Assembly: GCF_963921235.1 (NCBI RefSeq)
Contig: NC_086106.1
Span: 25,978,001-26,042,000, forward strand
Length of the DNA stretch: 64,000 bases
Direction: 5' to 3'
From: Mobula hypostoma
Taxonomy: Eukaryota
Shown: piece after piece, positions 51,540 to 64,000 of the stretch
Numbering within the stretch: the first letter of the stretch is position 1
How the letters are laid out: every line of letters begins with the position of its first letter
Position numbers and translations under genes: made by a program
The notes under the pieces: model-generated
Databases searched by the model: none
What the model saw: only the letters and a program-made list of their open reading frames with translations
Told to the model about the DNA's origin: nothing

Positions 51540-53200
51540 TTGTGTAAGGTAAAGGAAACAAGAAGGGTGGTTATGGAAGGTGTGACAATTAAAGAAGAGG
51601 AAGTACTGGCGCTTTTAAGGAATATAAAAGTGGATAAGTCTCCGGGTCGGGACAAGATATTCCCTTAGATCTCGAGGGAAGTTAGTGCAGAAATAAAAGG
51701 GGCTCATATGAAATATTTCAAATGTCATTAGAAACGGGGATGGTGCCGGAGGATTGGCGTATTGCTCGTGTGGTTCCATTGTTTAAAAAGGGTTCTAAGA
51801 GTAAACCTGGCAATTATCGGCCTGTGAGTTTGACGTCTGTGGTGGGTAAATTGATGGAAAGTGTTCTTAGAGATGGTATATATAATTATCTGGATAGACG
51901 GGGTCTAATTAGGAACAGTCAACATGGATTTGTAAGTGGAAGGTCATGTTTGACAAATCTTACTGAATTTTTTGATGAGGTTACTAAGAAAGTTGACGAG
52001 GGTGAAGCAGTGGATTTTGTCTATATGGACTTCAGTAAGGCCTTTGACAAGGTTCCACACGGAAGGTTAGTTAGGAAGGTTAAATCGTTAGGCATTAATA
52101 TGGAAGTAGTAAAATGGATTCAGCAGTGGCTAGATGAGAGACGCCAGAGAGTAGTGGTGGATAACTGTGTGTCAGATTGGAGGACGGTGTGTTGCGGTGT
52201 GCCTCAGGGATCTGTACTGGGTCCAATGGTGTTTGTCATATATATTAATGATCTGGATTATGGGGTGGTAAATTGGATTAGTAAGTCTGCAGATGATACT
52301 AAGATAGGTGATGTTGTAGATGATGAGGTAGGTTTTCAAAGCCTGCAGAGACATTTCGGCCAGTTAGAAGAGTGGGCTGAAAGATGGCAGATGGAGTTTA
52401 ATGCTGAAAAATGAGATGTGCTACATTTTGGTTGGACTAATCTAAATAGGACATGCATGGTAAATGGTAGGGCATTGAAGAATTCTGTAGAACAGAGGGA
52501 TCTAGGAATAATGGTGCATAGTTCCCTGAAGGTGGAATCTCATGTTGATAGGGTGGTGAAGAAAGCTTTTGGTATGCTAGCCTTTATTAATCAGAGCATT
52601 GAGTATAGAAGTTGGGATGCAATGCTGAAATTGTATAAGGCATTGGTAAGGCCAAATTTGGAGTATTGTGTACAGTTCTGGTCACCGAATTATAGGAAAG
52701 ATGTCAATAAAATTGAGTATGGAGGAGGTTTACTAAAGTGTTGCCTGGGTTTCATCTCCTAAGTTACAGAGAAAGGTTGAACAAGTTAGGTCTTTATTCT
52801 TTGGAGCGTGGAAGTTTGATGGTGGACTTGAAAGAGGTGTTAAAAATTATAAGGGGAATTGATAGAGTTGACGTGGATAGGCTTTTTCCATTGAGAGTGG
52901 GGGAGATTGAAACAAGAGGACATGAGTTGAGAGTTAAAGGACAGAAGTTTAGGGGTAACATGAGGGGGAACTTCTTTACTCAGAGAGTGGTAGCTGTGTG
53001 GAAGGAGCTTCCAGCAGAAGTGGTTGAGGCAGGTTCGATGTTGTCGTTTAAAGTAAAATTGGATAGTTATATGGATAGGAAAGGAATAGAGTGTTATGGG
53101 CTGAGTGCAGGTCGGTGGGACTAGGTGAGAGTGAGGGTTCGGCACGGACTAGAAGATCCGAGATAGCCTGTTTCCGTGCTGTAATTGTTAATGGTCATAT
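51540..53200 (+). mobile_element. Young CR1 LINE 3' part (RT; one stop and one frameshift)
   Basis: ORFs 51722-52414, 52418-52762 and 52738-53124. YMDFSKAFDKVPH, GVPQGSVLGP, FTQRVVAVW. Confidence 0.95.
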
Positions 53201-53519
53201 GGTTATATGGATTGGAGATTAGCTGGATAAGTATTGTTCGACATACAGGATATTGAGAGGATTTTAGAGGATAACTGCCGAGTGGACACTTCGCCTGGTG
53301 AACAGAATCAAGACAAAGCAATGTCAATAAGTTTGTGACACTCTGACTTCAGCAGAAGGGCAATAATTCCCGTCGTCAATCAGAATGGGATTTGCTTCCG
53401 TCTGTGTGTTTGTCTCCATTTGTCTTTGTAGCCCATTCTCTCTCGATCTTCTCCGACCGTTGTCTCTTCTACTTTCACTCATTTGCAATCATTACCAAGC
53501 ACTCTACTCTCTGCCATTC

Positions 53520-53655
53520 NNNNNNNNNNNNNNNNNNNNNNNNNNNNNNNNNNNNNNNNNNNNNNNNNNNNNNNNNNNNNNNNNNNNNNNNNNNNNNNNN
53601 NNNNNNNNNNNNNNNNNNNNNNNNNNNNNNNNNNNNNNNNNNNNNNNNNNNNNNN
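53520..53655. other. Assembly gap (N run)
   Basis: N bases. Confidence 1.
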
Positions 53656-53769
53656 TCTCCGGCATTTCTTCACAGCCTCTGTACTCATTACCTATATCTC
53701 CCATTCAAAGTCTCCCTCCCTTTTCAGTTTGGCGAAGTGCACAGACTCAGTAGCCCATCATCGCGCAAG

Positions 53770-55760
53770 GGGCTGAGCAGGATCAGGATATAAGGGAGTC
53801 AGTGCGTCGCGGAGCGGTCGTCGAAGGAGTGACCGTCGGAGCAGTGTGAGTCAGAGTAGCGGTGCTTTGGCTGATCGGAGCCTCGGCGAGGGAGGCCGAG
53901 GCGAGGTAAGGCGATAAATTGCGTTCATATCGCGTTTTCCCTCCAACTTAAGAATAGCGGTAATAACTGCAAGGCCAGTTTTCTGCTCTGGTTGTCAGAC
54001 CTGGGATATCCGGGAGGCTTCCAGCCTCGCTGGTGGCCACATCTGCGCCAGCTGCATCGAGCTGCAGCTCGTTAGTGACCGATTTAAGGAAATTGAGCTG
54101 CAGCTCGATGACTTCGGCTTGTTAGGGACAGTGAGGGGGTGATCGATAGGAGCTACAGGCAGTTGTCATACCCGGGCCAGAGGAGACAGATAAGTGGATG
54201 ATTGTCAGGAGAAGAAGGGCGAGCGTCAAGTAATGGGAAATATCTCAGTGGCCGTCCCCCTTAACAATAAGTACTCCATTTTGAGTGCTGTTGGGGAGTG
54301 CCTATCTGGGGGAAGCAACAATGGCCGTGCCTCTGGAACTGAGTCTAGCCTTGTGGCTCAGAACGGTAGGGAATGGAAGAGGATGGCATCAGTCAATGAG
54401 GACTCTTTAGTTAGGGGAACAGACAGGCTATTCTGTGGGCGAGAAAAAGAAACGCGGATGGTAGTTTGGATCCCAGGTACCAGAGTTGATGCTGAACGTG
54501 TCCACAATATCCTGAAAAGTGAGGATGAGAACCCAGAAGTCGGGATGCATATTGGTACCAACGACATAGGTAGAAAAGTGGAGGAGGCCCTGAAGAAAAA
54601 GAGAATAACAGGGCGTAAGGATGTTGCGAAGCAGGGCCTCCAGGGTGGTAATCTCGAGATTGCTGTCTGTGCCACGCGAATTGGAAAATAGGAATAGAAT
54701 GAACTGGCGGATTAATGGGTGACTGAAGGATTGGAGCAGGGGACAGTGATTTAGAATTCTGGTTCATTGGGAACTCTTTAGACGCGGCTGTGACCTGTAC
54801 AAAAAGGAGGGGCTGCACTTGAATCCGACGGGGATCAATATCCTGGCGGGGAGGTTTGCTCATGCTGCTGGGGAAGGTTTAAACTAGCTTTGCAACGGGT
54901 GGGAACCAAAGGGAAGAGGCAGAGGATGAGGCCATTGGCGCACAAGTAGTGACAGCTTGTTGGAAGCTTGTGAAGAAGGTTAGGGTGATGATAGAGCAAA
55001 GAAGCACTCATCCTGATTGTTTGAGATGTGTCTATTTTAATGCAAGGAGGATCATAAACAAGGCGGATCAATACTTGGAACTATCACGTTGTTGCCATTA
55101 CAGAGACTGTGTCAGGGCAGGAACGGCTTCTGAGTGTGCCAAGCATTAGATGTTTGAAAAAGAAGAGGGACGGAGGCAAGATAACTGGGGCATGACATTG
55201 CTTATCGGGGATAGCGTCACCACTGCAGGAAGGAGAAGGTCATGGAGGGATTATCTACTAAATCAGTGTGGGTGGAAGTCGGAACAAGAAAGGAGGGTAA
55301 TAACTCAACTGGGTGTTTTACAGCCAATTCCCCCACCCCCTATTTCACAATAGTAACAGAGACATTGAGGAGCAGATAGGAGAGTGCAATAATAACAGGT
55401 TTGTTGTGATGGGAGATTTTAACTTTTCTAATATTGACTGGCATCTCCTTGGAGCAAGGTGTACAGATGGGGTGGAGTTTATCAGGTGTGTTCAGGGAGG
55501 TTTCCTGATGCAATGCGTAGATAGGCTGTACTTGATCTGGTATTGGGAAATGAACTTGGCCAGGTGTCAGATCTCGTTAGGAGAACAGTTTGGAGATAGT
55601 GATCACAGCACGATCTCGCGCTAGAGAGCGATAGGAGTAGTCAATTTGAGATAACGTAATTGGATAGGGAGAAAATATGATGCTATTAGGCAGAACCTTC
55701 AGAAAATAAATTGGGCGCGTATGTTCTCAGGGAAAGGCGCGACAGAAATGTGACAAATGT
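53770..55760 (+). mobile_element. CR1 5' part (5' UTR, ORF1 zinc finger and esterase, endonuclease start)
   Basis: CSGCQTWD...ICASCIELQL; RMVVWIPGT...MHIGTNDIG; VVMGDFNFSNIDW. Confidence 0.8.
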
Positions 55761-56170
55761 TCAGGGAACAACACTGCGGACGAATAGCCTGTAACGTGCT
55801 GTAGATTTGTTTGTTCTATGCCCTATGCTCTATTTTCTTTTCTACTTGCACGAGATTGCTGTATCTTCGCTTCTTACTCGACTAATCTCATCGCTATCCT
55901 ACCCTTTCTTATTGTGTCCTCTTCATCGCTTTTTCCTTCCTTCTTTCTTTTCCCTCACTTTCCTTCCCTCTGTCTCGTTCCTTCCCTTCCTCTTATTCTT
56001 GATTTCCATTTTTCTTTCCTTCCTATTCCGTTGCTCACTACTTTACCTCTTCTCATTCCTCTCCACCGCTATTTCATTCCGTTTCTCTTCTTCTTATCTT
56101 TCAACATTCTCCATTCCCCTTTCACTTACTTCCTCTGTACCCCAATTTCTCAATTTCACTTGCTCACGCT

Positions 56171-56333
56171 NNNNNNNNNNNNNNNNNNNNNNNNNNNNNN
56201 NNNNNNNNNNNNNNNNNNNNNNNNNNNNNNNNNNNNNNNNNNNNNNNNNNNNNNNNNNNNNNNNNNNNNNNNNNNNNNNNNNNNNNNNNNNNNNNNNNNN
56301 NNNNNNNNNNNNNNNNNNNNNNNNNNNNNNNNN
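56171..56333. other. Assembly gap (N run)
   Basis: N bases. Confidence 1.
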
Positions 56334-57599
56334 ATAGTTTGGACTGCAAGCTTTCGCGCAGCTGGACTGTTGCGTACTCAAGGTGAATATGAGGAGACGT
56401 TCCTGGTTTTTTTGATTCATCGCACACCTCTACCTGGCTCTATCTGCCCATCATCCCTCCTCCATTTCGGCTACATGCCGTCCCCATCACTTGTGTATAT
56501 TGGCTATCAGCCCTCTACACTCTCAGTCCCGTTCCATGGTTTCCATCTTGCACGACAGCTACTCTTTTACCTCCTCGGACGCTGCTTCGCCCACAGGGAT
56601 CTTCCAGCAGTGTATTTTTATTGTGTTTTTTTTTCTTCTGCTCATATATGCTTATGCAACAATCGATCATTTGCTTCAGGATGAAGGAATGTGGTGGTAG
56701 GAGATGAGAGTGCAAGGCAGAGTTTGAAGCCACTGGGATTGTAGTTTCGGCAACACCGAATCTAGAGCGATCAATTAGGAAAGATTGTGATCCTTGCAAA
56801 ATGAGGCACAAGCACACCCGGGCACAGGAGCACAAAACGGCGACTTTTTTTCTCTCTCAAAGTGGGAAATACAAAAGAACGATTTTCTGGCAGAGTGTAG
56901 TCCGTATGAAAGAGAGCTGAAAACGAGTACTAGAAGTAATTTTAAAAAGCGAATTGAGAAATGAAAAGGAAGTGTGAAAAAAATACCGGATCGCTCGGGC
57001 TGTGTGGGTCGGTCTTGCACAGAGTTTGTATATTATGGGCCCAATGGTTCGATTCTGTGACCTTCGGATTAGAAGCCTGAGCGGTCCTGCATTGGACAGG
57101 GTGGGGTTTTATAACCATTTCTTTTAACTGGAATAAATTGTCCAACATCCTCTCGGAGCGATGTTATACATATTAGAATAGCACGGGAAAAATCGTGCAA
57201 ACAAATAATCTTCTGTACAACCCTCTTGTTTCCCTGCCGGAATTGCTCCCTAAATTCACTGATTACATCTGATTCCACCAACCTGCGACAGTTCCACGCT
57301 GTGTGTTAAAAGAAACTGTCGCTAAAATCCCGTCGTTTTAAGAAAAATCTCCTTCTTCTCCTCTTAAAGTTATGCCCTTCAGTACTTAAACTTATAAACT
57401 TACATATATGGTATGGCCCACGTATGAAATAACAAGTGGAGTTGAAAGTTGAAATATTAGGAAAGTTGAAATATTGTTTGTCAACGGAATGCGAGTGCAC
57501 AGGGGTAAGACAGCCCAGTACATTCGGCAGTATCCGAGCAGGAAATCCGGGACAGTTTTTTGTATTGAAAAGTAATGAAGTCTTTTTTGCTTCTATCGC

Positions 57600-57682
57600 A
57601 CCAGGATGGCCGAGTGGTTAAGGCGTTGGACTTAAGATCCAATGAACGAATGTTCACGTGGGTTCGAGCCCCACTCCTGGTA
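57600..57682 (+). tRNA. trnL-TAA: tRNA-Leu (UAA), copy 3
   Basis: Intact cloverleaf. T loop TTCGAGC. TTTT at 57708-57711. Confidence 0.96.
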
Positions 57683-58699
57683 ACTCATTAACAGGCTCAC
57701 ACCGAAGTTTTCGGGGCACAGAAGTATTTCCACGTTTATTACATTTAAAATATATATTTATTTTCCACAACACTCAGGTGGGAGCCGGGGCGACCCCACT
57801 TCCGACACATTCCTCCACCACCCGCCCCCGTGATCTCGTTAGAGCGAAAACAGGACAGAAGGCCTAAAAGTACCGCGATCTCTCAATCAGTTTGCAAACC
57901 CCACTGCTTCCCGTTACCCCAAACACAACAGATTCTGCAGATGCTGGAATTCCGGAGCAAAACCCACAAAATGCTGAAGGAACTCAATAGGTCCGGTAAC
58001 GTCTATGGAAATGAATAAACAGCCCACGTTCCGGGCCGACTCCCTTAATAAGAACTGGAAAGGAAAGGGGATGACACCCTGATATAAAGGTGACGGAGGG
58101 GAAGGAGGACAAGTCAAAAGTTGATACGTGAAACCAGGTGGGTGAGAAAGGTAAAGAGCGGGAGAAGAATAAATCTAATGGGAGAGGAGAGTGGGCCATG
58201 TGAGAAAAGGAAGCAGGATTGGCTCCAGGAGAATGTGATAGACAAGAGAGGAGAAAGATAAGAGGTCAGAGTGGAGGACGGAAGAAGAGGTAAGGGGGAG
58301 AAGAAAATGACTGGAGAAAAGTACTGGTCGGTTTGAAGCAACTACTATATTTGACAAAACAAGATACAGCAGGCATCATATTGAAGCCCTTTAAATCGAC
58401 TCTTTCGATATTTTATGTGCTAAACATCAAAGGACAATTACATATTTACAATGCATCCATAATGCGTTCTTTGGAAGTATACACCTCCCAATTTTCACTC
58501 ACACCACAGACATCTAAATGAATTTTAATCAGCATTCTCTGGCCCGTGATACAAAGCTTTTGGGAACCTATTGTTCAGAGCTGTATTTTACATTAAATCT
58601 ACAATGTATGTTCGAATCTGCAGGCCAGTGACCGAAGTCAGTTACGTTAATTGCTACATGTGCTAGACTCAGAAATCTGCCAAACAAAGGCAACGAGCT

Positions 58700-59460
58700 G
58701 GAAAGAAGAAATCTGATAGGAGAGGAGAGTGGACCATGTGAGCAAGGGAAGAAGGAGGGGCACCGGGGGAGGTGATAGACAGGTGGGGTGAATTTGGAGT
58801 CAGAGTGAGGAATGGAAGAAGACGGAAGGAGGAGGAGGGGAAAAAAATACCATAAGGAGAAATCGATCAAGTTGAAGCCTACCTGGACGGATGATGAGGT
58901 GTAACTCCTCCACCTTAAGAGTCGCCTCACTGTGGCAGAAGAGGAGTCCACAGAGTCCAGACAATCATGTCGGGAAGTGAATGGGGATTGGAATTAAAAT
59001 GGTAACCGAGAAATTCTGCTTTTGGCAGATGAAGTGAGGGTGTTCGACAAAGCAATCCCTCAATTTCTTTCGGGTCTCACCAATACAGGGTATCAGGAAC
59101 ACTGGGTACAACAGAGGCACCCGAAGCTCGTAGCAGTCTGATGCCCCAGAAAGAAAAGCTTCTTTCTGGGAAAAAATGCAGAGGAGACGAAGGAACTGAT
59201 AAAAGTGAAGAGCATTTTACAGGAGACAGGGTAGAGAGAGGTATAGTCCAGTTACCGTGGAATATAAAAGAAAATGGTGGCGTAATTGGTTCCAGAGACG
59301 GAGACAGAGCGATCGAGAAATGGGAGGAAGGTATCAGAAATTCTCTAAGTGAATGTTAGGGCATGGTGGATGTTGGATGCAAAGTTGAAATTGACAAGTT
59401 CAGTAGAGGTGCATGAAGAAGCTCCAATGCCGTCGTCAGGGTAGTTTAGAAAGAGCTGTG
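58700..59460 (-). mobile_element. Penelope-like remnant (paralog of 9290-10050)
   Basis: LRWRSYTSSS; PQLFLNYPDD; homologous to 9.3-10 kb and 62.6-63.3 kb. Confidence 0.65.
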
Positions 59461-59598
59461 GGGCATTCGTACCTGTAACACAGAAGTTTGAGAGCGGCCC
59501 TGATGACACTGATCACGTAGGACAAGCACTTGGCAATTAGACAGAGACCCAGCAGGACGAGAAGTCGTCAGGATCAGCAACCAAAGCAGGAGAGACAT
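59460..59598 (-). pseudogene. Family-B V 5' relic: leader (59553-59598), intron and about 12 nt of exon; the rest replaced by Penelope sequence
   Basis: 46-nt leader MSLLLWLLILTTSRP-G, donor GT>CT, acceptor gttacag|GTACG identical to the intact gene. Confidence 0.85.
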
Positions 59599-59974
59599 GG
59601 TATTTGAATTATAATCAACAGTAGGACATTTCGAAAATGTGACACAAGAGAAGCTCATTGCTTGACGGCAGGGTCATCCGACATTCCATGGAAAATAGGT
59701 GGCCAATCAGAAAGAGCATGTGTTAAAAGAGCCTCTTAGTTTCTCACTATCGTCCTCTCTCCTGCGTCTTCTTTTTGCAGCTGTATACTTCCTCCTCCTC
59801 TCTATTCAACACTTTCTCTAGTCGGTTTTTCTCACCTGTTTCCTGTCTCTCCTTCTCCCCCCTTCTCTTTTCCCCTCTTCCTTTCTCTTTTCATTTTCTC
59901 CCTTTTTCTTTTGTCAGTTTATTCTATTTACCTTTCTCTCTTCCCCGTCTCCTTCATTCTCCCTCTTCGCGCTC

Positions 59975-59978
59975 GCTC

Positions 59979-60045
<67 letters not shown>
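59975..60045. repeat. (CT)n microsatellite
   Basis: Direct reading of the sequence. Confidence 0.95.
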
Positions 60046-60047
<2 letters not shown>

Positions 60048-60119
60048 GTCCCACATTTCAGCACTAAGATCCCTTGATGTGAGTATACAAGGATACAAGA
60101 TCTAACTTCCATAAGGAAT

Positions 60120-60330
60120 TGGTGGCTAGCTTCTCTTGTTGCTTTGGAAGTACAGTCGATTAATATCACAGAGGAGATATTTATATTTTAAATTATTTAC
60201 GCGACAATGTATATGGAGACTCGAAAAAATGAAAGCGGGTGAAAGAAATGAAAGAGTGAAGAGGGAATCTGGAATTCTTGAATGACCAGGTCTTTCTCTT
60301 TTTGCTAATGATCGCTCATTGATCAAGCAC
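60120..60330 (-). pseudogene. Family-C V-like relic, 3' part and flank
   Basis: Homologous to 32040-32230 and 3480-3670. Confidence 0.35.
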
Positions 60331-61132
60331 CCAGTCAGCATCTCAGACAGGCTCTGTCTCTCCATCGACGGTGAGACAGCGAGAGCGGAGACCAGCTGTT
60401 CCGATGCTACAACCTTCCACGTTGCATTTACAATTGCCCGTGTCGAGGAATAACAGGCTGTCACTCTCCATCAAAAGAGGGAGAGAGAGAGGGTGGATCG
60501 CTCGAGTGAAGTGGCCTTCTTCCGACAGCAGCCGGCGATTAGAAACCACACTTATATACATCAGTAGGTAGATGAAGTTGGGTGAGCAAGTGAAGAAAAG
60601 ACAGTGGATGGTAGGTGAGAAGTTGAATCGAACGGGTAGGGAATGATGGACAGATGAACCAGGTGTGGAAGTGCAGATGAAAGAATAAGGACAGGACTGA
60701 AAGGTGGTAATTGGAACTAAATGAAGTAGGGATGATGGACAGGTAGTACCAGCTGTGGAGAGAGCAAATACCAGGGAGGGAAGTGAAGAAAGGGTGGCGA
60801 GGCTATCAGGAATTGGGCAATTCAAATATTGGACATGCCTGAGGTCTTATACAACCGGGTTCAAGAACAGCTGCTTTACTTCAACAATTCGTCTTTGAAC
60901 CAACCACAAACCGGCAAAACCATATTAACCAGAGTTTGGAGCAGTGTGACCATTTTGATCACTTTGCACGAAAATGGGCTTCATTTTTTGGTTCAAATTG
61001 TATCCCTTCTTGTTAAAATGTCAATGTTTTTCCGGGGAATGACGCTTTTGTTTCTGTGTCGATTTGCCTCATATGTACGCATTCTCTTATCCATCCACTG
61101 TCGTAAGAGCTACCACCAACTCCCTTGCCACT

Positions 61133-61170
<38 letters not shown>

Positions 61171-61919
61171 CTCTTTCTCCCTCTCTATCTCTTTATCTAT
61201 CTACCTATGTATCTCATTATCTTTTTCTTTCAATGCCGTTGCCTCTCTGTTCCCCCCTCTCCCTCCCTCAAAACCCACCCCGTTCTATTTCTACATCTCA
61301 TTTTCCCAGTTTCATTCTTTTGTTGTCCCTCGTCTTTCTATTGTTTTTCTCATTCATACTTTTTCATTATTCCTTTCACTTACTCTGCCAATCAATGTTT
61401 GATGTTTTCCATTTATCTCTTTCCTCTCTCTCTCTCTCTCTCTCTCTCGATCTCAATCTCTGTCAGTCTTTCTTTCCCAGTCTTTCTGCACCTCCTCTCT
61501 TTCTATCTCTATATATCTACTATATATCTATTTATCTCATCCTGTCAGGGACTGCCTATTCCATTCCCTGTCAGATTGCCACCTAAGTTCTGTGATTGCA
61601 TCTGATTAAAACATTTCATGGCAATTCCTGATATTAACCACGCTGTGTGTAAAAATAAACATAACCATCACTTCCGATTGTAAAATAATTTCTCATTCCT
61701 CTCCCTTTCGGTTTTAATCGTATAGCTTTACATGTGTGGCATAGCCCACGTAATACACTACATGACATGTTGAAAGATGGAACATTAGGAAAGCAAAAAA
61801 ATATATTTCTTTGAATGCAATGCGAGTACACATGGGTACATTCAGCACTATCCGAGCAGGAATTCCGGGGAAGTTTTTCAATTTGAAAGTAAGGGTTTAC
61901 GCCTTTGTGTTTCTGTCAG

Positions 61920-62002
61920 ACCAGGATGGCCGAGTGGTTAAGGCGTTGGACTTAAGTTCCAGTGAACAAATGTTCACGTGGGTTCGAACCCCACTCCTGG
62001 TA
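61920..62002 (+). tRNA. trnL-TAA: tRNA-Leu (UAA), copy 4 (variant anticodon arm)
   Basis: Anticodon loop CTTAAGT, stem TTGGA/TCCAG (U-G pair). TTTT at 62028-62031. Confidence 0.93.
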
Positions 62003-62569
62003 ATTGATTATCAGTCCCGCACCGAACTTTTCATTGTAAAAGGCATTTCGATGCATATATTTTCCGCACACACACAGGTGGGGGGCCGTTTGGGACCAGA
62101 GACATCCCACGCATTCCACCGCCCTGCCCCGTTAACTCATTGGAATGAAAAAAAGCCCGCAAACTCCTCAATCCGGTTAAACTCTCACTGCTTCCCGTTA
62201 CCCCAAACACGAGAGATTCTACAGATGCTGAAAATCCAGAGTAAAACGCAAAAAATGCTGGACCGGAGTTCTGCAGACAGCAACTATGGAAATGCATAAA
62301 CAGTCAAAATTTCAGGCCGAGGCTCTTTAATAAGGATTGGAAAGAAAACTGGAAGAAGCCAGAGAAGAAATAGGATAAGTGACAAGATGACAGGTGAAGT
62401 TGGGTGGGTGGAAACCTGGAGAAGAGGGAATCTAATAGGAGAAGAGTAGACCATGTGAGAAAGGGAAAATGGACGGACGCCATGGGGGTGTGGTAGGCAG
62501 GTGAGGAGAAGAGCCAGAGTGGGGAATAGAAGAAATCGGAAGGAGCAGGAGGGGAAACAATTACTGTAA

Positions 62570-63260
62570 GGAAAAATCAATGTCTATGCATTAAGTTGGA
62601 GCCTACCTAGACGGATTATGAGGTGCTTTTCCACCGAGGTCTCACCTTGGCAGAAGAGGAGACCATACAGTCCAGTACAACATGTCAGAAAAAGAATGAG
62701 AATAAGAATTAAAATGGTTGGCACCGGGAAGTTCCGTTTTTGGTTTTGGCAGATGAAGTGAAGGTGTTAGACAAAGCAGTCCCTCAATGTCCATTGGGTC
62801 TCACCAATTCAGGGTATCGGGAGATCTGGGTAAATAGAGGTATCCAATGCCCTCGATACTCTGATTCCCGAGAAAGGAGCGCCTCACCTGGGAACAGATG
62901 CAGCGGAGATGAAGAATATCGTTTTTACAGGAGACAGGCTAGCGGGAGGTATAGCTAAGATAATCCTTGGGATATAAAAGATGTCAGTAGACAGTTTGTC
63001 TCCAGAGATGGAGACAGAGAGATCGAGGAATGGGAGAGGGGCCTGAAATGCACTGTGAAAGCAAGGGCATGGTGGAGGTTGGAGGCAAAGTTGATGAAAT
63101 TGACAAACTCAGCATGGACTCATGAAGCAACACCAATGCAGCCATCAACGTAGCGCAGAAAGAGCTGGGAACATTACCTTGGAGAGCTTGAAACATGGAC
63201 TCTTCCACATAGCCAATGAAAAGAGAGGCATGAGGCCACTATTTCCTCTTTGGGGAACAG
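62570..63260 (-). mobile_element. Penelope-like remnant
   Basis: RYVDGCIGAAS; ...SLCLHLWRQTVY; GIY-YIG C-terminal piece. Confidence 0.7.
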
Positions 63261-64000
63261 GTATGTGGCCGCGCAGTAACTGAAATGCTCCCGCGCACAT
63301 ATTTTCTTTTGTATAATGACAATGTAAGTTTTCTTTGCTGTGCTGCATTATACCCTTCAATTAATCAATTAAATTAAAAGAACGCGATTTTTTTCAATTT
63401 TCATTCCAAATATTCATATTATGCATATTACAAAAATAAATTAAATGCCTTGCAGTTTCCAGGCCATGTAAAAATTTCCTACTCATATTAATGGTTGGTC
63501 CACAGAGCTGTAAAAACATAATTAGAGGGATGACGCCCATGCACTTCACCCTGTGTATTTTCAACATGTACAAACAGCGTTAAGGGCCGAGAGACTACTC
63601 TTTTCCATAGATGCTGCCTGGCCTGCTGAGTTCCTCCAGCAATTTGTGTGTGATTATCGTTACTACCATCGGGAGGCGCTACAGGACTAGAAGACACATA
63701 CTAAACGATTCAGGAACAGATTTTTCCACTCAGCAATCTGAATTTTGGCCGATGCATGAACCCATAAGCGCTAGTTCATAATTCCTCGTTTTATATCTAT
63801 TGTTTTGTGATTTATAGTAATTTTAAGGCTCAGCAAATTTATTACTGCCGCAAAAATAACAAATTTCACATCATATGTCAGTGATAATAAGTCTGTTTCT
63901 GAATCTTGTCCTGATGGAAGTTCTCGGCCCCGAACTGTTTATTCCCCTCAGTAGATTCTTTCCGACCTGCTGACTTCCTCCAGCATTTTGTGTGTATTGC

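Overview
Vertebrate genomic DNA, most likely from a cartilaginous fish such as a ray or skate. This is inferred from the CR1, Rex-Babar and Penelope repeat landscape and the V-gene style. The window lies inside the V-segment array of a T-cell receptor locus, most likely TCR alpha/delta. Two germline V segments are intact on the minus strand, 29075-29501 (family A) and 47860-48291 (family B). Each has a 46-nt leader exon, an 85-89 nt GT-AG intron, an Ig-V exon with the canonical Cys, Trp and Cys, and a 23-bp-spacer RSS. They sit among about 15-20 V pseudogenes and relics in the same orientation. No D, J or C segments are visible. The array is built from a tandemly duplicated cassette that also carries a plus-strand tRNA-Leu(UAA) gene (4 copies), a Penelope remnant and pyrimidine-rich tracts of uniform polarity. 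Both intact V genes carry a CTCF-like motif 21-25 bp downstream of the RSS nonamer, pointing toward the presumed D/J end, and this motif is more decayed in the pseudogenes. The rest is mostly decayed mobile elements (CR1, Rex-Babar, L2, Penelope, Tc1, a Chapaev3-like transposase, a Gypsy chromovirus) plus three short assembly gaps.
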